Source: Nannocystis bainbridge (GTDB lineage: Bacteria > Myxococcota_A > Polyangia > Nannocystales > Nannocystaceae). From it: a DNA stretch of 64,000 bases. A program made the translations under genes and the position numbers. The DNA lies in contig NZ_JAQNDL010000002.1 of assembly GCF_028368995.1 (NCBI RefSeq), positions 1,312,001 through 1,376,000 on the forward strand. Reading direction: 5' to 3'. Below the pieces are notes generated by a model. It was given only the letters and a program-made list of their open reading frames with translations, was not told the origin of the DNA and did not search any database. Positions 48,970 through 60,500 of the stretch are shown piece by piece; within the stretch, counting starts at the first letter, position 1, and every line of letters begins with the position of its first letter.

Positions 48970-49308
48970 ATGCTCGCCACCATCCTCGCCCAGGCCCCCG
49001 CCGCCTCCAACCCGCTCAGCGGGTTCATCGTCCCGATCCTGATGTTCGCGGCGATTTACTTCATCTTGATCCGCCCGATGGGCAAGCAAGAGAAGGACCG
49101 CAAGGCGCGGCTGGACAAGCTCGCCGCGGGCGACACCGTGCGGCTGACGGGCGGCATCATCGGCCGGATCAGCAGCATCGACGGGCCGATCGCTATGGTC
49201 GAGGTCGCCGAGCGGGTCAAGCTCAAGGTCGTGCGCGCCGAGATCGCGGACCGCTTCGACCCCGACGCGGCGACCAAGCCCGAGGCGGCCGCAGCGGCCA
49301 CCAAGTGA
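48970..49308 (+). CDS. yajC: Preprotein translocase subunit YajC
   Basis: IYFILIRP, GDTVRLTGGIIG; between tgt and secD. Confidence 0.92.
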   Translation: MLATILAQAPAASNPLSGFIVPILMFAAIYFILIRPMGKQEKDRKARLDKLAAGDTVRLTGGIIGRISSIDGPIAMVEVAERVKLKVVRAEIADRFDPDAATKPEAAAAATK

Positions 49309-49338
49309 GGAATTTGCGGCAACTAGCGAGGCGGACCG

Positions 49339-51480
49339 ATGCGTAAGTTCCTCAAGACCAAAGCCCTGCTGCTGCTCCTGCTCGTCACCACCGCGGTGAT
49401 GATGGTGGTGCCCTCGATCGCCCAGATCCTCGGCACCGACAAGGAGCTGCCGGGCTGGCTCACCAGCACCTTCGACAATCGCTTCAAGCTCGGCCTCGAC
49501 CTCCAGGGCGGCCTGCACCTCGAGTACTCGGTCGCCGTCGACGAGGCGCTCGAGAACAAGCTCGACCAGATCGCGGCCGAGCTCGAGGCCGGCTTCAAGG
49601 AGAAGAAGAGCGTCCTCGTCGACATCGAGCGCATCGGCATCGATCGCCTCGACATCAAGTTCTCCGACCCGTCGCAGGTCGTCACCGCCGAAGACGACGT
49701 CATGGGCGTGGCGCTGACCGACATGGAGCGCGTCGAGACCCAGGACGAGGGCGCCGGCATCATCCACCTCAAGATGTCCGACGCGCGGATCGGCGAGCAC
49801 CGCTCGCACGCGGTCGCGCAGGCGCTCGAGACGGTGCGTCGCCGCATCGACGCGATGGGCATCGCCGAGCCCAACATCTACCCGAAGAACCGCCAGATCG
49901 TGATCGAGCTGCCGGGCCTCTCGGACACCACCACCGAGATCAAGGCCGCCCGCCACGACGTGCAGGAGCAGCTGCGGCCGCTGCTGCAGCAGGCCGGCGC
50001 CAACCAGGTCATCGTCGCCGACAGCGACGAGGATCCGGGCGCCTTCCGCATCACCCTGACCGACCAGGCCGCGCGCGGCTTCCTGGGCCAGGTGTTCGCC
50101 GGCAAGATGATCGAGCAGACGGTCATCGACCCGCGGCTCGGCGCCGGCGTCGAGCTCGAGATCCTGCCCGACGATCCGGGTCGGCCCGCCGCGCCCGACA
50201 GCGTCGAGGTCAAGCTCAGCGAGCGCTCGCGCGACAACATCCTCGAGGGCTCGTCCGACTTCCGCCGCCTGCTCAAGGTGGTCGAGCGCGCGGCCGTGCT
50301 CGAGATGCGCATGGTCGACGACGAGCTGCCGTTCGGCCCGGGTCAGCGCAACTACTTCCAGGCGCTGCTCGAGGGCGGGCAGGTCCACGCCGGCATGGGC
50401 ATCAGCGTCAACAAGATGGGCAACTACGGCAGCCCGAAGGGCCACAACGTCGAGAACGTGTGGGCCTTCTACGCCAAGGACCGCAAGACGCTCGAGGACT
50501 ACTTCAATCAGCTGCCGGCCGAGTGGCGCTTGCCCGCGTCGCACCTGGTCGCGTACGGGCCGGACGCCGTGGTCATCCGCGGCGAGCCGACCCGGGTGTG
50601 GCGCACCTTCGTCGTCAAGGCCCGCGCCGAGGTCACCGGCGAGAGCATCCTGGCCGCCAACGTCAGCCCCGACCCGCAGACCGGCCTCCCGGGCGTCGAC
50701 CTCAAGCTCGACCGTCTCGGCGCCGACCGCTTCGAGCAGATGTCGGGCGACAACATCGGCCGCCGCATGGCGATCATGCTCGACGACGCGGTCATGTCCG
50801 ACCCCGTCTTCAACGACCGGATCCCCGGCGGCAACGTCCGCATCTCCGTCGGCGAGACGCCCGGACAGAGCGTGCGCGACACCGCCAACGACCTCGTCAA
50901 GGTGCTGAAGTCGGGCAGCCTCCCGGCCCGCCTGGTCAAGGAGTTCGAGATCCGCGTCGGCGCCGACCTCGGCAAGGAAGCGGTCGAGAGCGGCTTCTGG
51001 GCCTTCGTCGTCGGCCTCGGCGCCGTCGTCGCCTTCATGGCCATCTACTACCGGCTGTCCGGCCTCATCGCCGTGTTCGCGCTGGTGCTGAACGTGCTGC
51101 TGATCCTGGCGGCGATGGCGTTCTTCCAGGCGACGCTGACCCTGCCCGGCATCGCCGGCATCGTCCTCACGCTCGGCATGGCGGTCGACGCCAACGTCAT
51201 CGTCTACGAGCGCATCCGTGAGCTCGTGCGCGAGGGCTACACCGCCCGCGCCGCCATCGAGGCCGGCTACGACCGCGCCTTCACCACGATCCTCGACTCG
51301 CAGCTGACCACGGCGATCGCCGGCGTCGTGTTGTGGCAGTACGGGTCGGGCCCGATCCGCGGGTTCGCCATCACGCTGCTGATCGGCATCGCCACCTCGA
51401 TCTTCACCGCCGTGTTCTGCACGCGCCTCTTCTTCGACTTCCAGGCTAACCGCCGCGGCTTCGACCGCGTGTCCATCTGA
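49339..51480 (+). CDS. secD: Protein translocase subunit SecD
   Basis: LGLDLQGG, RRIDAMGIAEP, LKSGSLP, TLPGIAGIVLTLGMAVDANV. Confidence 0.95.
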   Translation: MRKFLKTKALLLLLLVTTAVMMVVPSIAQILGTDKELPGWLTSTFDNRFKLGLDLQGGLHLEYSVAVDEALENKLDQIAAELEAGFKEKKSVLVDIERIGIDRLDIKFSDPSQVVTAEDDVMGVALTDMERVETQDEGAGIIHLKMSDARIGEHRSHAVAQALETVRRRIDAMGIAEPNIYPKNRQIVIELPGLSDTTTEIKAARHDVQEQLRPLLQQAGANQVIVADSDEDPGAFRITLTDQAARGFLGQVFAGKMIEQTVIDPRLGAGVELEILPDDPGRPAAPDSVEVKLSERSRDNILEGSSDFRRLLKVVERAAVLEMRMVDDELPFGPGQRNYFQALLEGGQVHAGMGISVNKMGNYGSPKGHNVENVWAFYAKDRKTLEDYFNQLPAEWRLPASHLVAYGPDAVVIRGEPTRVWRTFVVKARAEVTGESILAANVSPDPQTGLPGVDLKLDRLGADRFEQMSGDNIGRRMAIMLDDAVMSDPVFNDRIPGGNVRISVGETPGQSVRDTANDLVKVLKSGSLPARLVKEFEIRVGADLGKEAVESGFWAFVVGLGAVVAFMAIYYRLSGLIAVFALVLNVLLILAAMAFFQATLTLPGIAGIVLTLGMAVDANVIVYERIRELVREGYTARAAIEAGYDRAFTTILDSQLTTAIAGVVLWQYGSGPIRGFAITLLIGIATSIFTAVFCTRLFFDFQANRRGFDRVSI

Positions 51481-51491
51481 GGCACACCACC

Positions 51492-52907
51492 ATGGCGCAG
51501 AAGTTCTTCGAGCTCATTCCGCCAGGCACGCGGTTCCCCTTCGTCAAGACGGCGAAGTACTTCATCGCGTTGTCGTTCGTGCTGATGGTCATCAGCATCG
51601 CGACGATGGCCTACAACTTCAGCAGCCGCGGGGCGGCGCTGAATTTCGGCATCGACTTCGCCGGCGGCTCCTCGGCCCGCCTGCAGCTCGCGCCGGGCAA
51701 GGACGTCCCGATCCAGGACGTCCGCGAGGCCCTCGACGCCGCCGGCTTCGAGAGCGCCTCGGCCGTCACCGTCCCCGACGCGGACAACCAGGTCATCGTC
51801 CACGTCAAGGACGTGGCCTCGATCGACATGGCCACCGCCAAGGGCTGCGAGGAGGCCGTCAACGCCTACCCCAAGGCCAAGCTCAAGCGCCCGATGTCGT
51901 ACCAGGAGGGCGCGAGCAAGATGTTCTTCGTGTTCGAGTCGGCCCCGGTCTACAGCGAGCTCGAGGCGCTGCTCGCCAAGGCCGGCTGCGACGGCAAGGT
52001 CGACAAGGGCACCGGCAAGCAGGACGAGTTCCCGGTCGAGCTCAGCCTCATCGGCATCGGCTCCAAGATCCAGGACGAGCTCAATCAGAGGCTCGGCGCC
52101 GGCACGGTCACCGCGATCGTCTCGTCCGAGACGGTCGGCGCCAAGGTCGGCAGCCAGCTCAAGGCCGACGGCGTCAAGTCGCTGCTGTACGCGCTCGGCT
52201 TCATCTTCCTCTACGTGATGCTGCGCTTCGACCTGCGCTTCGCGCCGGGCGGCATCGTCGCCCTCGCGCACGACGCGTTCATCACGGTCGGGGCGTTCGC
52301 GCTGACGTGGAAGGAGTTCAACCTCCAGACCATCGCCGCGCTGCTGACGATCGTCGGCTACTCGATCAACGACACCATCGTCGTGTTCGACCGCGTCCGC
52401 GAGCGCGTGGCGCTGAGCCGCGACACGCCGATCGAGGAGACCACCGACATCGCGCTCAACGAGACCCTGAGCCGCACGATCCTCACCTCCGGCACGACGC
52501 TGCTGGTGGTGCTGGCGACCTGGGCCCTCGGCTCCGGCACGATCAAGGACTTCGCGTTCGCGCTGATGATCGGCATCGTCGTCGGCACGTACTCGTCGCT
52601 GTTCATCGCCTGCCCGATCTTCTTGTGGGTCAACCGCCGCTTCTACGGCGGCGAGGGCCACCTGCTGACCGCCGATGACGCGGCGGCGACGGTCGACGCG
52701 GGCACGGTGCTGGCGGCGGACAACGCCGAGATCGACGAGGCCACCGGGCGCGCGGTCGGGGACCTGCGGGCCGAGGCGGCCGCCAAGGCCGGGGGCCAGA
52801 CGAGCGGCGCCGAGGGCGACGCGGGCAAGGGGCAAGGCGTGGGTGCGGAGGACGACGAACCGGCCAAGGCCAGCCGCCGCCGCCGCCGCCAGCGGCCGCA
52901 GAGCTGA
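51492..52907 (+). CDS. secF: Protein translocase subunit SecF
   Basis: GIDFAGG, ALAHD, GYSINDTIVVFDRVRE, GTYSSLFIA. Confidence 0.95.
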   Translation: MAQKFFELIPPGTRFPFVKTAKYFIALSFVLMVISIATMAYNFSSRGAALNFGIDFAGGSSARLQLAPGKDVPIQDVREALDAAGFESASAVTVPDADNQVIVHVKDVASIDMATAKGCEEAVNAYPKAKLKRPMSYQEGASKMFFVFESAPVYSELEALLAKAGCDGKVDKGTGKQDEFPVELSLIGIGSKIQDELNQRLGAGTVTAIVSSETVGAKVGSQLKADGVKSLLYALGFIFLYVMLRFDLRFAPGGIVALAHDAFITVGAFALTWKEFNLQTIAALLTIVGYSINDTIVVFDRVRERVALSRDTPIEETTDIALNETLSRTILTSGTTLLVVLATWALGSGTIKDFAFALMIGIVVGTYSSLFIACPIFLWVNRRFYGGEGHLLTADDAAATVDAGTVLAADNAEIDEATGRAVGDLRAEAAAKAGGQTSGAEGDAGKGQGVGAEDDEPAKASRRRRRQRPQS

Positions 52908-52923
52908 GCTCCGCGAGCTCCGC

Positions 52924-54714
52924 ATGAGCTCGCGGCTTTCGCTGACGAAGCCCCCGGCGGCGCCGGTCGACGCGCCCCGGCCGGCCCCACCGCCACTTGT
53001 CCTTCGGGGCATGTCCTCGGAGACAGGTGAGCTGCGCGACCGGTCCGGCGCGCTCGGGGTCGGGCCGCACGCGGTCGCGCTGATGCAGCGCCGCGGCGTC
53101 ACCAGCCCCGAGGCGCAAGCCCGGCTGCTGCGGCCGCGCCTGGCCGATCTGCGGGCGCCGACCGCCATGGCCGGGTTCGAGTCCGCGCTCGATCTGCTGC
53201 AGACGGCGCAGCAGAAGCGCCTGCGGATCGGGGTGTTCGGCGACTACGACGTCGACGGGGTGACGACGACGGCGATCCTCACCACCTACCTCGAGGCGCT
53301 CGGCATCGACGTGGTCGCGCGCGCGGCCTCGCGCGAGGGCGGCTACGGGCTGCAGGTCGCCGACGCCCGGGCGCTGCGCGAGGCCGGGGCCCAGGTCGTG
53401 CTGACCGGCGACTGCGGGACCTCCGATTTCGACGCGCTCGCCTGGCTCGAAGGACAGGGCATCCCGACCGCGGTGATCGACCATCACCAGGTGCCCGAGC
53501 GCATGCCGCCGGCGCGGGCGCTGCTGAACCCGCACCAGCCCGGCTGCGGCTTCCCGTTCAAGGGCCTGTGCAGCGCCGGCGTGGCGTTCTATCTGTGCGC
53601 GTCGCTGCGCAGCGCGATGGCCAAGAAGACCGGCAGCGCGCTGCCCGACCCGCGCGCGTGGCTCGACCTCGTCGCGCTCGGCACGATCTGCGACATGGTC
53701 CCGCTGGTCGACGAGAACCGGATCCTCGTGCGCCACGGGCTCGGCGTGATCGCGTCGCGGCGGCGGCCCGGCGTGCGGGCGCTGCTCGAGCAGGCCGGCG
53801 TCGGCGAGGACGACCCGATCGACGAGACGCACCTCGGTTTCCGCCTCGGGCCGCGGCTCAACGCGCCCGGGCGGCTCGGGCCGGCCGAGCCGTCGCTGCT
53901 GCTGCTGCGCGCGCGCAGCTCGGTCGAGGCGCGGGCGATGGCCGAGCGGGTCGAGAACTTCAACATCCACCGCCGCGAGCACCAGGACACGATCGTCAGC
54001 GAGGCGCTGGCGATGCTGGCGGCCGACCCGCGCACCCCGAGCCGGCGCGGGATCGTCGTCGCCGGCGAGTCGTGGCTGCACGGCATCGTCGGCATCGCCG
54101 CCGCCGGGGTGGTGTCGCAGTACCGGCGGCCGGCGCTGGTGCTGGCGGTCGACCGCGCGCGCGGCGAGGCCCGCGGCTCGGCGCGCACGGCCGGCGACAT
54201 CGACGTGCACGCGGCGCTGCGCGTCTGTGCGCCATACCTGCGGCGGTTCGGCGGCCACCGGGCGGCCGCCGGGGTGAGCCTCGATCCGGCCCAGATCCCC
54301 GCGCTCGTCGAGGCCTTCGACGCGGCGGTGGCCGACCAGATCCGCGAGCGGCAGCTCGGCGAGCCGGCGGTCGAGCACGACGGGGAGTTGCCGTTCGAGG
54401 CCATCGACGAGCCGCTCCTGGCCGACCTGGAGCATCTCGCGCCGTACGGGGTCGGGTTCGCGCCGCCGCGGTTTCTCTGCGAGGACGCGGTGATCGAGCG
54501 GGTGCGGGTGCTGAAGGGCCGGCACCTGTCGCTGGGCCTGCGGCAGGGCCGGCTCGGCTTCGAGGCCATCGCTTTCGGCCAGGCCGCCGCCCACCCGAAG
54601 CTCGCGCCGGGCGAGCGCGTGGCCTTTTTGTTCGTGCCGCTGCGCTCCAGCTTTCGCGGCCGGGTGCGGCTCCAGTTGATGGTCGAGTCGATGTGGCCGG
54701 CGCGCGGGTTTTGA
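52924..54714 (+). CDS. recJ: Single-stranded-DNA-specific exonuclease RecJ
   Basis: GDYDVDG, GYGL, DCG, IDHH, GPRLNAPGR, RGSAR, FGGH..AAG. Confidence 0.93.
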   Translation: MSSRLSLTKPPAAPVDAPRPAPPPLVLRGMSSETGELRDRSGALGVGPHAVALMQRRGVTSPEAQARLLRPRLADLRAPTAMAGFESALDLLQTAQQKRLRIGVFGDYDVDGVTTTAILTTYLEALGIDVVARAASREGGYGLQVADARALREAGAQVVLTGDCGTSDFDALAWLEGQGIPTAVIDHHQVPERMPPARALLNPHQPGCGFPFKGLCSAGVAFYLCASLRSAMAKKTGSALPDPRAWLDLVALGTICDMVPLVDENRILVRHGLGVIASRRRPGVRALLEQAGVGEDDPIDETHLGFRLGPRLNAPGRLGPAEPSLLLLRARSSVEARAMAERVENFNIHRREHQDTIVSEALAMLAADPRTPSRRGIVVAGESWLHGIVGIAAAGVVSQYRRPALVLAVDRARGEARGSARTAGDIDVHAALRVCAPYLRRFGGHRAAAGVSLDPAQIPALVEAFDAAVADQIRERQLGEPAVEHDGELPFEAIDEPLLADLEHLAPYGVGFAPPRFLCEDAVIERVRVLKGRHLSLGLRQGRLGFEAIAFGQAAAHPKLAPGERVAFLFVPLRSSFRGRVRLQLMVESMWPARGF

Positions 54715-54746
54715 CGCCCCGATCCCCTCGGCGCTACACTCGTGGG

Positions 54747-55643
54747 ATGACGGCGTTTCGGTCCCCTGGCGTGACGGCTCTCGCGGCTGGCCTGATCCTC
54801 GCCTGCGGAGCGCGGAGCGGCCCGATCAGCGAGGACACCGAGGGCGGCACGGGCGTGACGCCGATCGATCCGCGCGAGGGCGGCTGCGACAACCCGATCG
54901 CGCTGCCGCTCGCCAACATCGAGGTGCGCGGGCGACTGCAGGGGCCGAGCCGCGTCGAGGGTTGGTGCGGCGACGGCATCAACGACGGCGGCGCCGAGGA
55001 CACCTACCTCATCACGCCCGCGGCCGACACCGACGTGCTGCTGTTGATGCAGCCGAGCACCGACTTCACGCCGACGCTCCGGGTCACGCGCGACGGCTGC
55101 TACATGGACGACGACAACCTGCCGCGGGTGTGCGCCGCGCCCTACGGCGATGTCCCGTTCCGCCACTTCTTCGCCCAGGCGGGGCACGAGTACTTCGTCA
55201 CCGTCGACTCGCCCGAGGGCACCGACGGTCACTACGCGATGCAGGTCGTGTACACCGCGCCGCCGGTCGAGGGCTGCCCGGTCCACTCGACCCAGATCAA
55301 CCAGGAGATCGGCGGCTTCTTCACGTGGAGTAACGATCTCGGCGGGCGCGCCGGCACGGTCGACGGCCGCTGCGGCGGACCTGGCGCAGAGAACATGTTC
55401 CAGCTCAACGTGTTCACGCCGGGCTCGATCACCTTCTCCATCACCGCCGACGCCTCGTTCGCGCCGGTGCTCAGCGTCCGCACCGGCTGCGGCGGCTCGA
55501 CCGAGCTGACCTGCACGTCGATGGCGGAGCAGGGCACCTCCAACTTCTCGCTGACCTGGGATTTCACGCCCGGGGTCTACTTCATCGTCGTCGATCAGAA
55601 CGACGTGGTGGGCGGGTCCTACAAGCTCGACGTGGCCTCGTAG
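54747..55643 (+). CDS. Lipoprotein with two PPC-like beta-sandwich domains
   Basis: ILAC lipobox; two repeats ending YFVTVDS...G.Y.M and YFIVVDQ...GSYKL. Confidence 0.75.
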   Translation: MTAFRSPGVTALAAGLILACGARSGPISEDTEGGTGVTPIDPREGGCDNPIALPLANIEVRGRLQGPSRVEGWCGDGINDGGAEDTYLITPAADTDVLLLMQPSTDFTPTLRVTRDGCYMDDDNLPRVCAAPYGDVPFRHFFAQAGHEYFVTVDSPEGTDGHYAMQVVYTAPPVEGCPVHSTQINQEIGGFFTWSNDLGGRAGTVDGRCGGPGAENMFQLNVFTPGSITFSITADASFAPVLSVRTGCGGSTELTCTSMAEQGTSNFSLTWDFTPGVYFIVVDQNDVVGGSYKLDVAS

Positions 55644-55662
55644 CGCCGCCCCGGGGTCGATC

Positions 55663-56127
55663 GTGTTCATCCGCCTCCGCGCCGCCCGGCCCGAAGACTG
55701 GACCGGGAAGCTCAGCGACTTCCTCGTCGGCCTGGTGTTCCTCGCGGCGTCGGTCGCGGTGCTGCTGGCGCGCCTGCCCGAGGCGTGGGTGGCCGCGGTC
55801 GACGGCCGCAGCTGGATCATCCGCGTGGGCCTGATCGTCGTGCTGCTGTGGCTGAACCAGTGGGTCGGCAACCTGGTCCGCACCGTCCTGCCGCGCGCGC
55901 CGTACCTGTTCGGCCGCACCTTGACGATCCGCGAGCGCGGCCGCCGGGTCCGCCTGCCGGTCCGCGAGATCGCCCGCATCTACGTCGAGCCGCGCCCGCC
56001 CGGCGAGCGCGACACCTTCGTGGTCGCGCTCAAGAACGGCGAGACCTACGACCTGTGCCCGATCGCCTGGCAGGGCGCCGCCCGCCTGTACGCCCGCCTG
56101 GCCCGCGCGCTGCCGCGGCCGCGCTGA
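55663..56127 (+). CDS. Hypothetical membrane protein
   Basis: Two TM segments followed by a small beta-rich domain. Confidence 0.65.
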   Translation: MFIRLRAARPEDWTGKLSDFLVGLVFLAASVAVLLARLPEAWVAAVDGRSWIIRVGLIVVLLWLNQWVGNLVRTVLPRAPYLFGRTLTIRERGRRVRLPVREIARIYVEPRPPGERDTFVVALKNGETYDLCPIAWQGAARLYARLARALPRPR

Positions 56128-56152
56128 GCCGCGGGCGGAGCCCCGGAGGCGC

Positions 56153-56250
56153 TGGTCGCAGGGACATGTCCTTGTGGGCAGGCCCTCAGGGACAGGGGCG
56201 AGCGGACAGGTCCTTCGGGGCAGGTTCCTGAGGACAGGTCCCCGAGGACA
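56153..56250. repeat. Array of 7 in-register 14-bp units between convergent genes
   Basis: GG(A/G)CA ends at 56166, 56180, 56194, 56208, 56222, 56236 and 56250. Confidence 0.88.
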
Positions 56251-56273
56251 AGCGGCAGAACGAGCCGGCCGGC

Positions 56274-57329
56274 TCAGGTCGGCAGGCGCGAGACCTGCAG
56301 CGTGTACTCGCTGCACGATTGGTCGTTGGCGACGCGGATCACCCGGATGAACACCTTGGCCGGCCAGGGCACGTTGTTGAGGTAGTTGGGGTTGGGGTTG
56401 GGGTTGGGGTTCGGCGGGGAGTGGGCGTCGAAGAACTCCCACTCGCGGGCCGGCGGGGTGCCGGGGCCGTAGGTCGCGGCCAGGCCCTCGAAGGCCGGCT
56501 TGTTGCAGGCGGTGTAGACCTCGAAGCGGTAGTCGGGGCTGGTGGGGTCGCCCGGGTTGACCGCGAAGGTGGCGGCGATCTTGCCGGCGTTGGGCCGGTT
56601 GCCCATCGCCATGGCCTCGGGGAACTCGACCCAGTACCAGTCCTCCTGGCCGTTGCCGGGGCCGTTGTCGATCCCGGTGATCGAGCCCTTGATCGGGGGG
56701 ACGACGCCGCCCTCGGCGATCACCCCGAGAGCGCCGGCCATGCCCTCGGCGCAGGTGTCCGAGGCCTTGGCGTCGGGCGTGACCGCGCACTCGCAATCCG
56801 AGCCGTCGGAGGCGTCGGGGTTGGCGTCGTCGCAGTCGGGGCCGGGCTCGTCGGGGCCGTACTGATCGCAGCCGACCCAGAAGCCGTCGCCGTCCTGGTC
56901 GACGCAGGTGCCGCAGCTCTGCCACGAGTTGAAGCTGGTGTCGTCGCAGTCGGGGCCGGCGTTGCAGCCCTCGCCGTGGAGATCGCCGTCGTCGTCGACG
57001 CAGTCCGGGTCGGGCAGGGTGGTGGTGCCGGCCGTGGTCGGACCGCCGGTGGGATCGCTGCCGGTCGGGTCGGAGTCGGAGCCCGGCCCCGGGCCGGTCG
57101 GGGTGCTCGTGTCCGAGTCGGTCATGCTGCCGCCGACGGTCGGGGTCGAATCCGTGTCGCTGCCGGGCTGGGTGGTCCCGCTCATGCTGTTGCTGTTGCC
57201 CTGGCTCTCGAACGGATTGGTCGAGCCGACCCCCGGATCTCCACCCGCGCACGCGCCCAGGTGCGCAGCGGCGGTGAGCACGAGCGAGAGCCTGACGAGG
57301 GTCGGGGTGGGCCTGGACGCGCCGAGCAT
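56274..57329 (-). CDS. Cys/Asp-rich secreted lipoprotein
   Basis: LGAC lipobox; Ser/Thr linker; CVDDDGD..G..C..GPDCDD repeats; C-terminal EDWYWV...YTLQV domain. Confidence 0.8.
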   Translation of the reverse strand: MLGASRPTPTLVRLSLVLTAAAHLGACAGGDPGVGSTNPFESQGNSNSMSGTTQPGSDTDSTPTVGGSMTDSDTSTPTGPGPGSDSDPTGSDPTGGPTTAGTTTLPDPDCVDDDGDLHGEGCNAGPDCDDTSFNSWQSCGTCVDQDGDGFWVGCDQYGPDEPGPDCDDANPDASDGSDCECAVTPDAKASDTCAEGMAGALGVIAEGGVVPPIKGSITGIDNGPGNGQEDWYWVEFPEAMAMGNRPNAGKIAATFAVNPGDPTSPDYRFEVYTACNKPAFEGLAATYGPGTPPAREWEFFDAHSPPNPNPNPNPNYLNNVPWPAKVFIRVIRVANDQSCSEYTLQVSRLPT

Positions 57330-57515
57330 CCTCTGCAGAATACACAAGGACCAGCCCGCCCTCGCACTTTGGCGCATGTGAGCTCGAGGGTGGCCCCGCA
57401 CCGCGGGTCCCGCCGGCCGGCTCCGAGCGCCGGTTTCGCGGTCGAGATCCGGGAGACGCAATCCGCGAGGCAGGCGCGCCGGAGGCGAGCGGCTTTGGTA
57501 CGATGCCGCCCGACC

Positions 57516-60500
57516 TTGCCCGAGCTGTTCAAAGCGCTGGCGAGCTACATCCCGGCAATCGTTACGCGGCGGCTCTCGGTCGATCCGCGTCCGCTGCACC
57601 AGCCGCAAGCCGAGATCGTAGCCGCCGCAGTCCTCTGCGCCGACGTCTCCGGCTTCACGTCCCTGACCGAGGCGCTCGCCAAGCAAGGGCCCGCGGGCGT
57701 CGAGAAGGTGGCCGCAGGCCTCAACACGTACTTCGGTCGGCTCATCGACATCACCGCGGCGCACGGCGGCGACGTCGTCAAGTTCGCCGGCGACGCGCTC
57801 ACGGCGGTGTGGGTCGCCGAGGGCGCGTCGGCCCGCGCGGCCGAGGCCGCGGTCGCGTGCGGGCTGGCGATCCAGGCCGCCCTGCACGCGTGCCAGATCG
57901 ACGACGGCATCGAGCTGTCGCTGCGGATCGGCGTGGCCGCCGGACGGATCGCGCTGGTCCACGTCGGCGGCCTCGGCGGCCGCTGGGAGCTGGTGCTCGT
58001 CGGCCCCGCGATCGAGGCGGTGCGGCGGGCCGAGGCGCTGGCGCGGCCGGGCGAGGTTGTGATCGATCGGCGCGTGTGGACGATGCTGGCCGGCCGCACC
58101 GACGGCGAGGCCCGTGGCGAGCACGGCTTCGGGCGCGTGACGAGCCTGCGCGAGCCGGTGGTGCCGTCGCCGCTGGTGCGGCCGCTGCTGCCCGACGTCG
58201 CCGAGCAGGCGCTGCGGGGTTACGTGCCGCCGGCGGTGATCGCCCGCCTGTCGGCCGGGCAGAGCAGCTTCCTCGCCGAGCTGCGGCGGCTCAGCATCCT
58301 CTTCATCAACTTCCCCGACCTCAAGCACCAGACGCCGCTCATGGAGGCGCAGGAGGTCATGATCGCGGTGCAGCAGATCGTCGAGACGTGGGAGGGCACG
58401 ATCGGCCACCTCAGCGTCGACGATCACGGCACCACGGTGCTGGTCGCGTTCGGCCTGCCGCCGCTCGCCCACGAGGACGACCCGGGGCGCGCCATCGAGG
58501 CGGCGCAGCAGGTCCGCGAGCTCCACAAGCGGCTCGGCTGGCGCACCAACTGCGGGATCGCCTCGGGCCGGGCCTTCTGCGGCACCGTCGGCAGCGCCGA
58601 ACGTTGCGAGTACACGGTCCTCGGCGACGTGGTCAACCTGGCCGCGCGGCTGATGCAGGCCGGCGACGGCAAGTCGGTGTTGTGTGACCACTACACCTTC
58701 GTCGCCACCCGCGGGCAGTTCCTGTTCGAGGGCCTGCCGGCGATCTCGGTGAAGGGCAAAGAGGGCACGATCTCGATCTACACCCCGGCGAGCGCGCGGC
58801 TGCCGGGGCGCAGCCAGAAGGAGCGCGCCGTCTCGGGCCCGCTGCCGACCGCGGGCGGCCCCAGGGCGTCGCTGGTCGGCCGCATGCGCGAGCGCGGCGT
58901 GCTGATCAACGGCCTGCACGAGGTGCTGCGAGGCAACAGCGCGACGATCGTGGTCGAGGGCGAAGCCGGGCTCGGCAAGACGCGCCTGGCCGACGACCTG
59001 CTCGACCAGGCCGAGGCCGCGGGGGCGACGCGCCTGCTCGGCGCGCGCGAGATCAGCGAGGCGGCCGGCCCATACCACGCGTGGATGCCGATCTTCGCGG
59101 CGATCTTCGGCCTGAACCAAGGGACAGACGGCGGCCAGGGCCCCGATCCGTGGCAGCGCGTGGTCTCGGGGCTGCGGCGGCTGGTGCCGGCCGCGGTGTC
59201 GCGGGCGCCGCTGCTCGGCGCGGTGCTGCCGATCGACGCCGTCGACAACGACCGCACCGCGCCGCTGCAGGGCCGCGCGCGCGCCGAGCAGACCCGCATG
59301 CTGCTGGTCCAGATCCTGCTCGCCTACCTCAAGGCCCACCCGGCGGTGCTGCTGCTGGAGGACGCCCAGCGGTTCGACTCGGCCTCGTGGGCGCTGCTGA
59401 CCGAGGTGCGCGAGGAGGTCCAGCCGCTGCTGTGCGTGATCGTCACCGGCCCGGTCGACAACGACACCGCCGCCGCCGAGCTGCGCCAGATCCTCGCCGA
59501 TCAGGGCACCTACCACCTGCAGCTGCAGCCGCTGTCGCTGGCCGAGACCGAGAACCTGGTGTGCCGCCGGCTCGGCGTGTCGCGGCTGCCGTCCGAGGTC
59601 GCCAGCTTCATCTACGAGCGCGCCGAGGGCCACCCGTTCTTCTCCGAGGAGCTGGCCTCGGCGCTGCGCGACGCCGGCTTCATCACCATCTGGAACGGCG
59701 AGTGTCTGCTGTCCCATGAGGCAGGTGACCTGCGGACCGCCAAGTTCCCCGACAACCTCGAGGCGGTGATCATCAGCCGCATCGATCGCCTGCAGCAGCA
59801 GCATCAGCTGGTGCTCAAGGTCGGCGCGGTGCTCGGGCGCGTGTTCTCGCTGAGCCTCCTGCGCGCCATCTACCCGATCGAGGCCGACAAGGCCCAGCTG
59901 CCGGAGTACCTGCAGGCGCTCGAGCGGCGCGGGCTCCTGGTGCCCAAGCCGAACGCGGCCGAGGGCACCTTCCTGTTCAAGCACGCGCTGACGCAGGAGG
60001 TCGCCTACGGCCTGCTGCCGTTCGCCCAGCGCCAGCAGTTCCACCAGGCGGTCGCCGAGCACTTCGAGCGCGCGCACGGCAGCAAGCTCGAGCTGTACTA
60101 CCCGCTGCTCGCGCACCACTGGTACCGCGTGGTCGCCTCGTCGGCGCTGGTGCCCGGCGGCGGGCGGCCGAGCCCGGAGCTGATCGGCCGCGCGGTGCTC
60201 TACCTGCAGCGCGCCGGCGATCAGGCGATCCGCAACGACGCCGGCCAGGAGGCCGTGCAGCACTACAGCCACGCGATCGAGCTGCAGCGCCACCTGCCCG
60301 AGAGCCCCGAGCGGGTCGAGCAGGAGATCGGGCTGCAGATCGGCCTCGGCAACGCCCAGGTGGCGACGCTCGGGTTCGGCTCCGACGAGGTCGAGCAGAC
60401 GTTCGCCCGCGCCCGCGAGCTGTGCCGCGAGGTCGGCGACACGCGCCACCTGTTCCCGGTGCTGTTCGGGCTGTGGCAGCACTACGTCGTCCGCGCCCAG

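Noticed and set aside
56385-56412. (GGGTTG)n microsatellite as a phase-variation tract
   Set aside because: The 6-bp unit is in frame, encodes an NPNPNP loop and cannot shift the frame.
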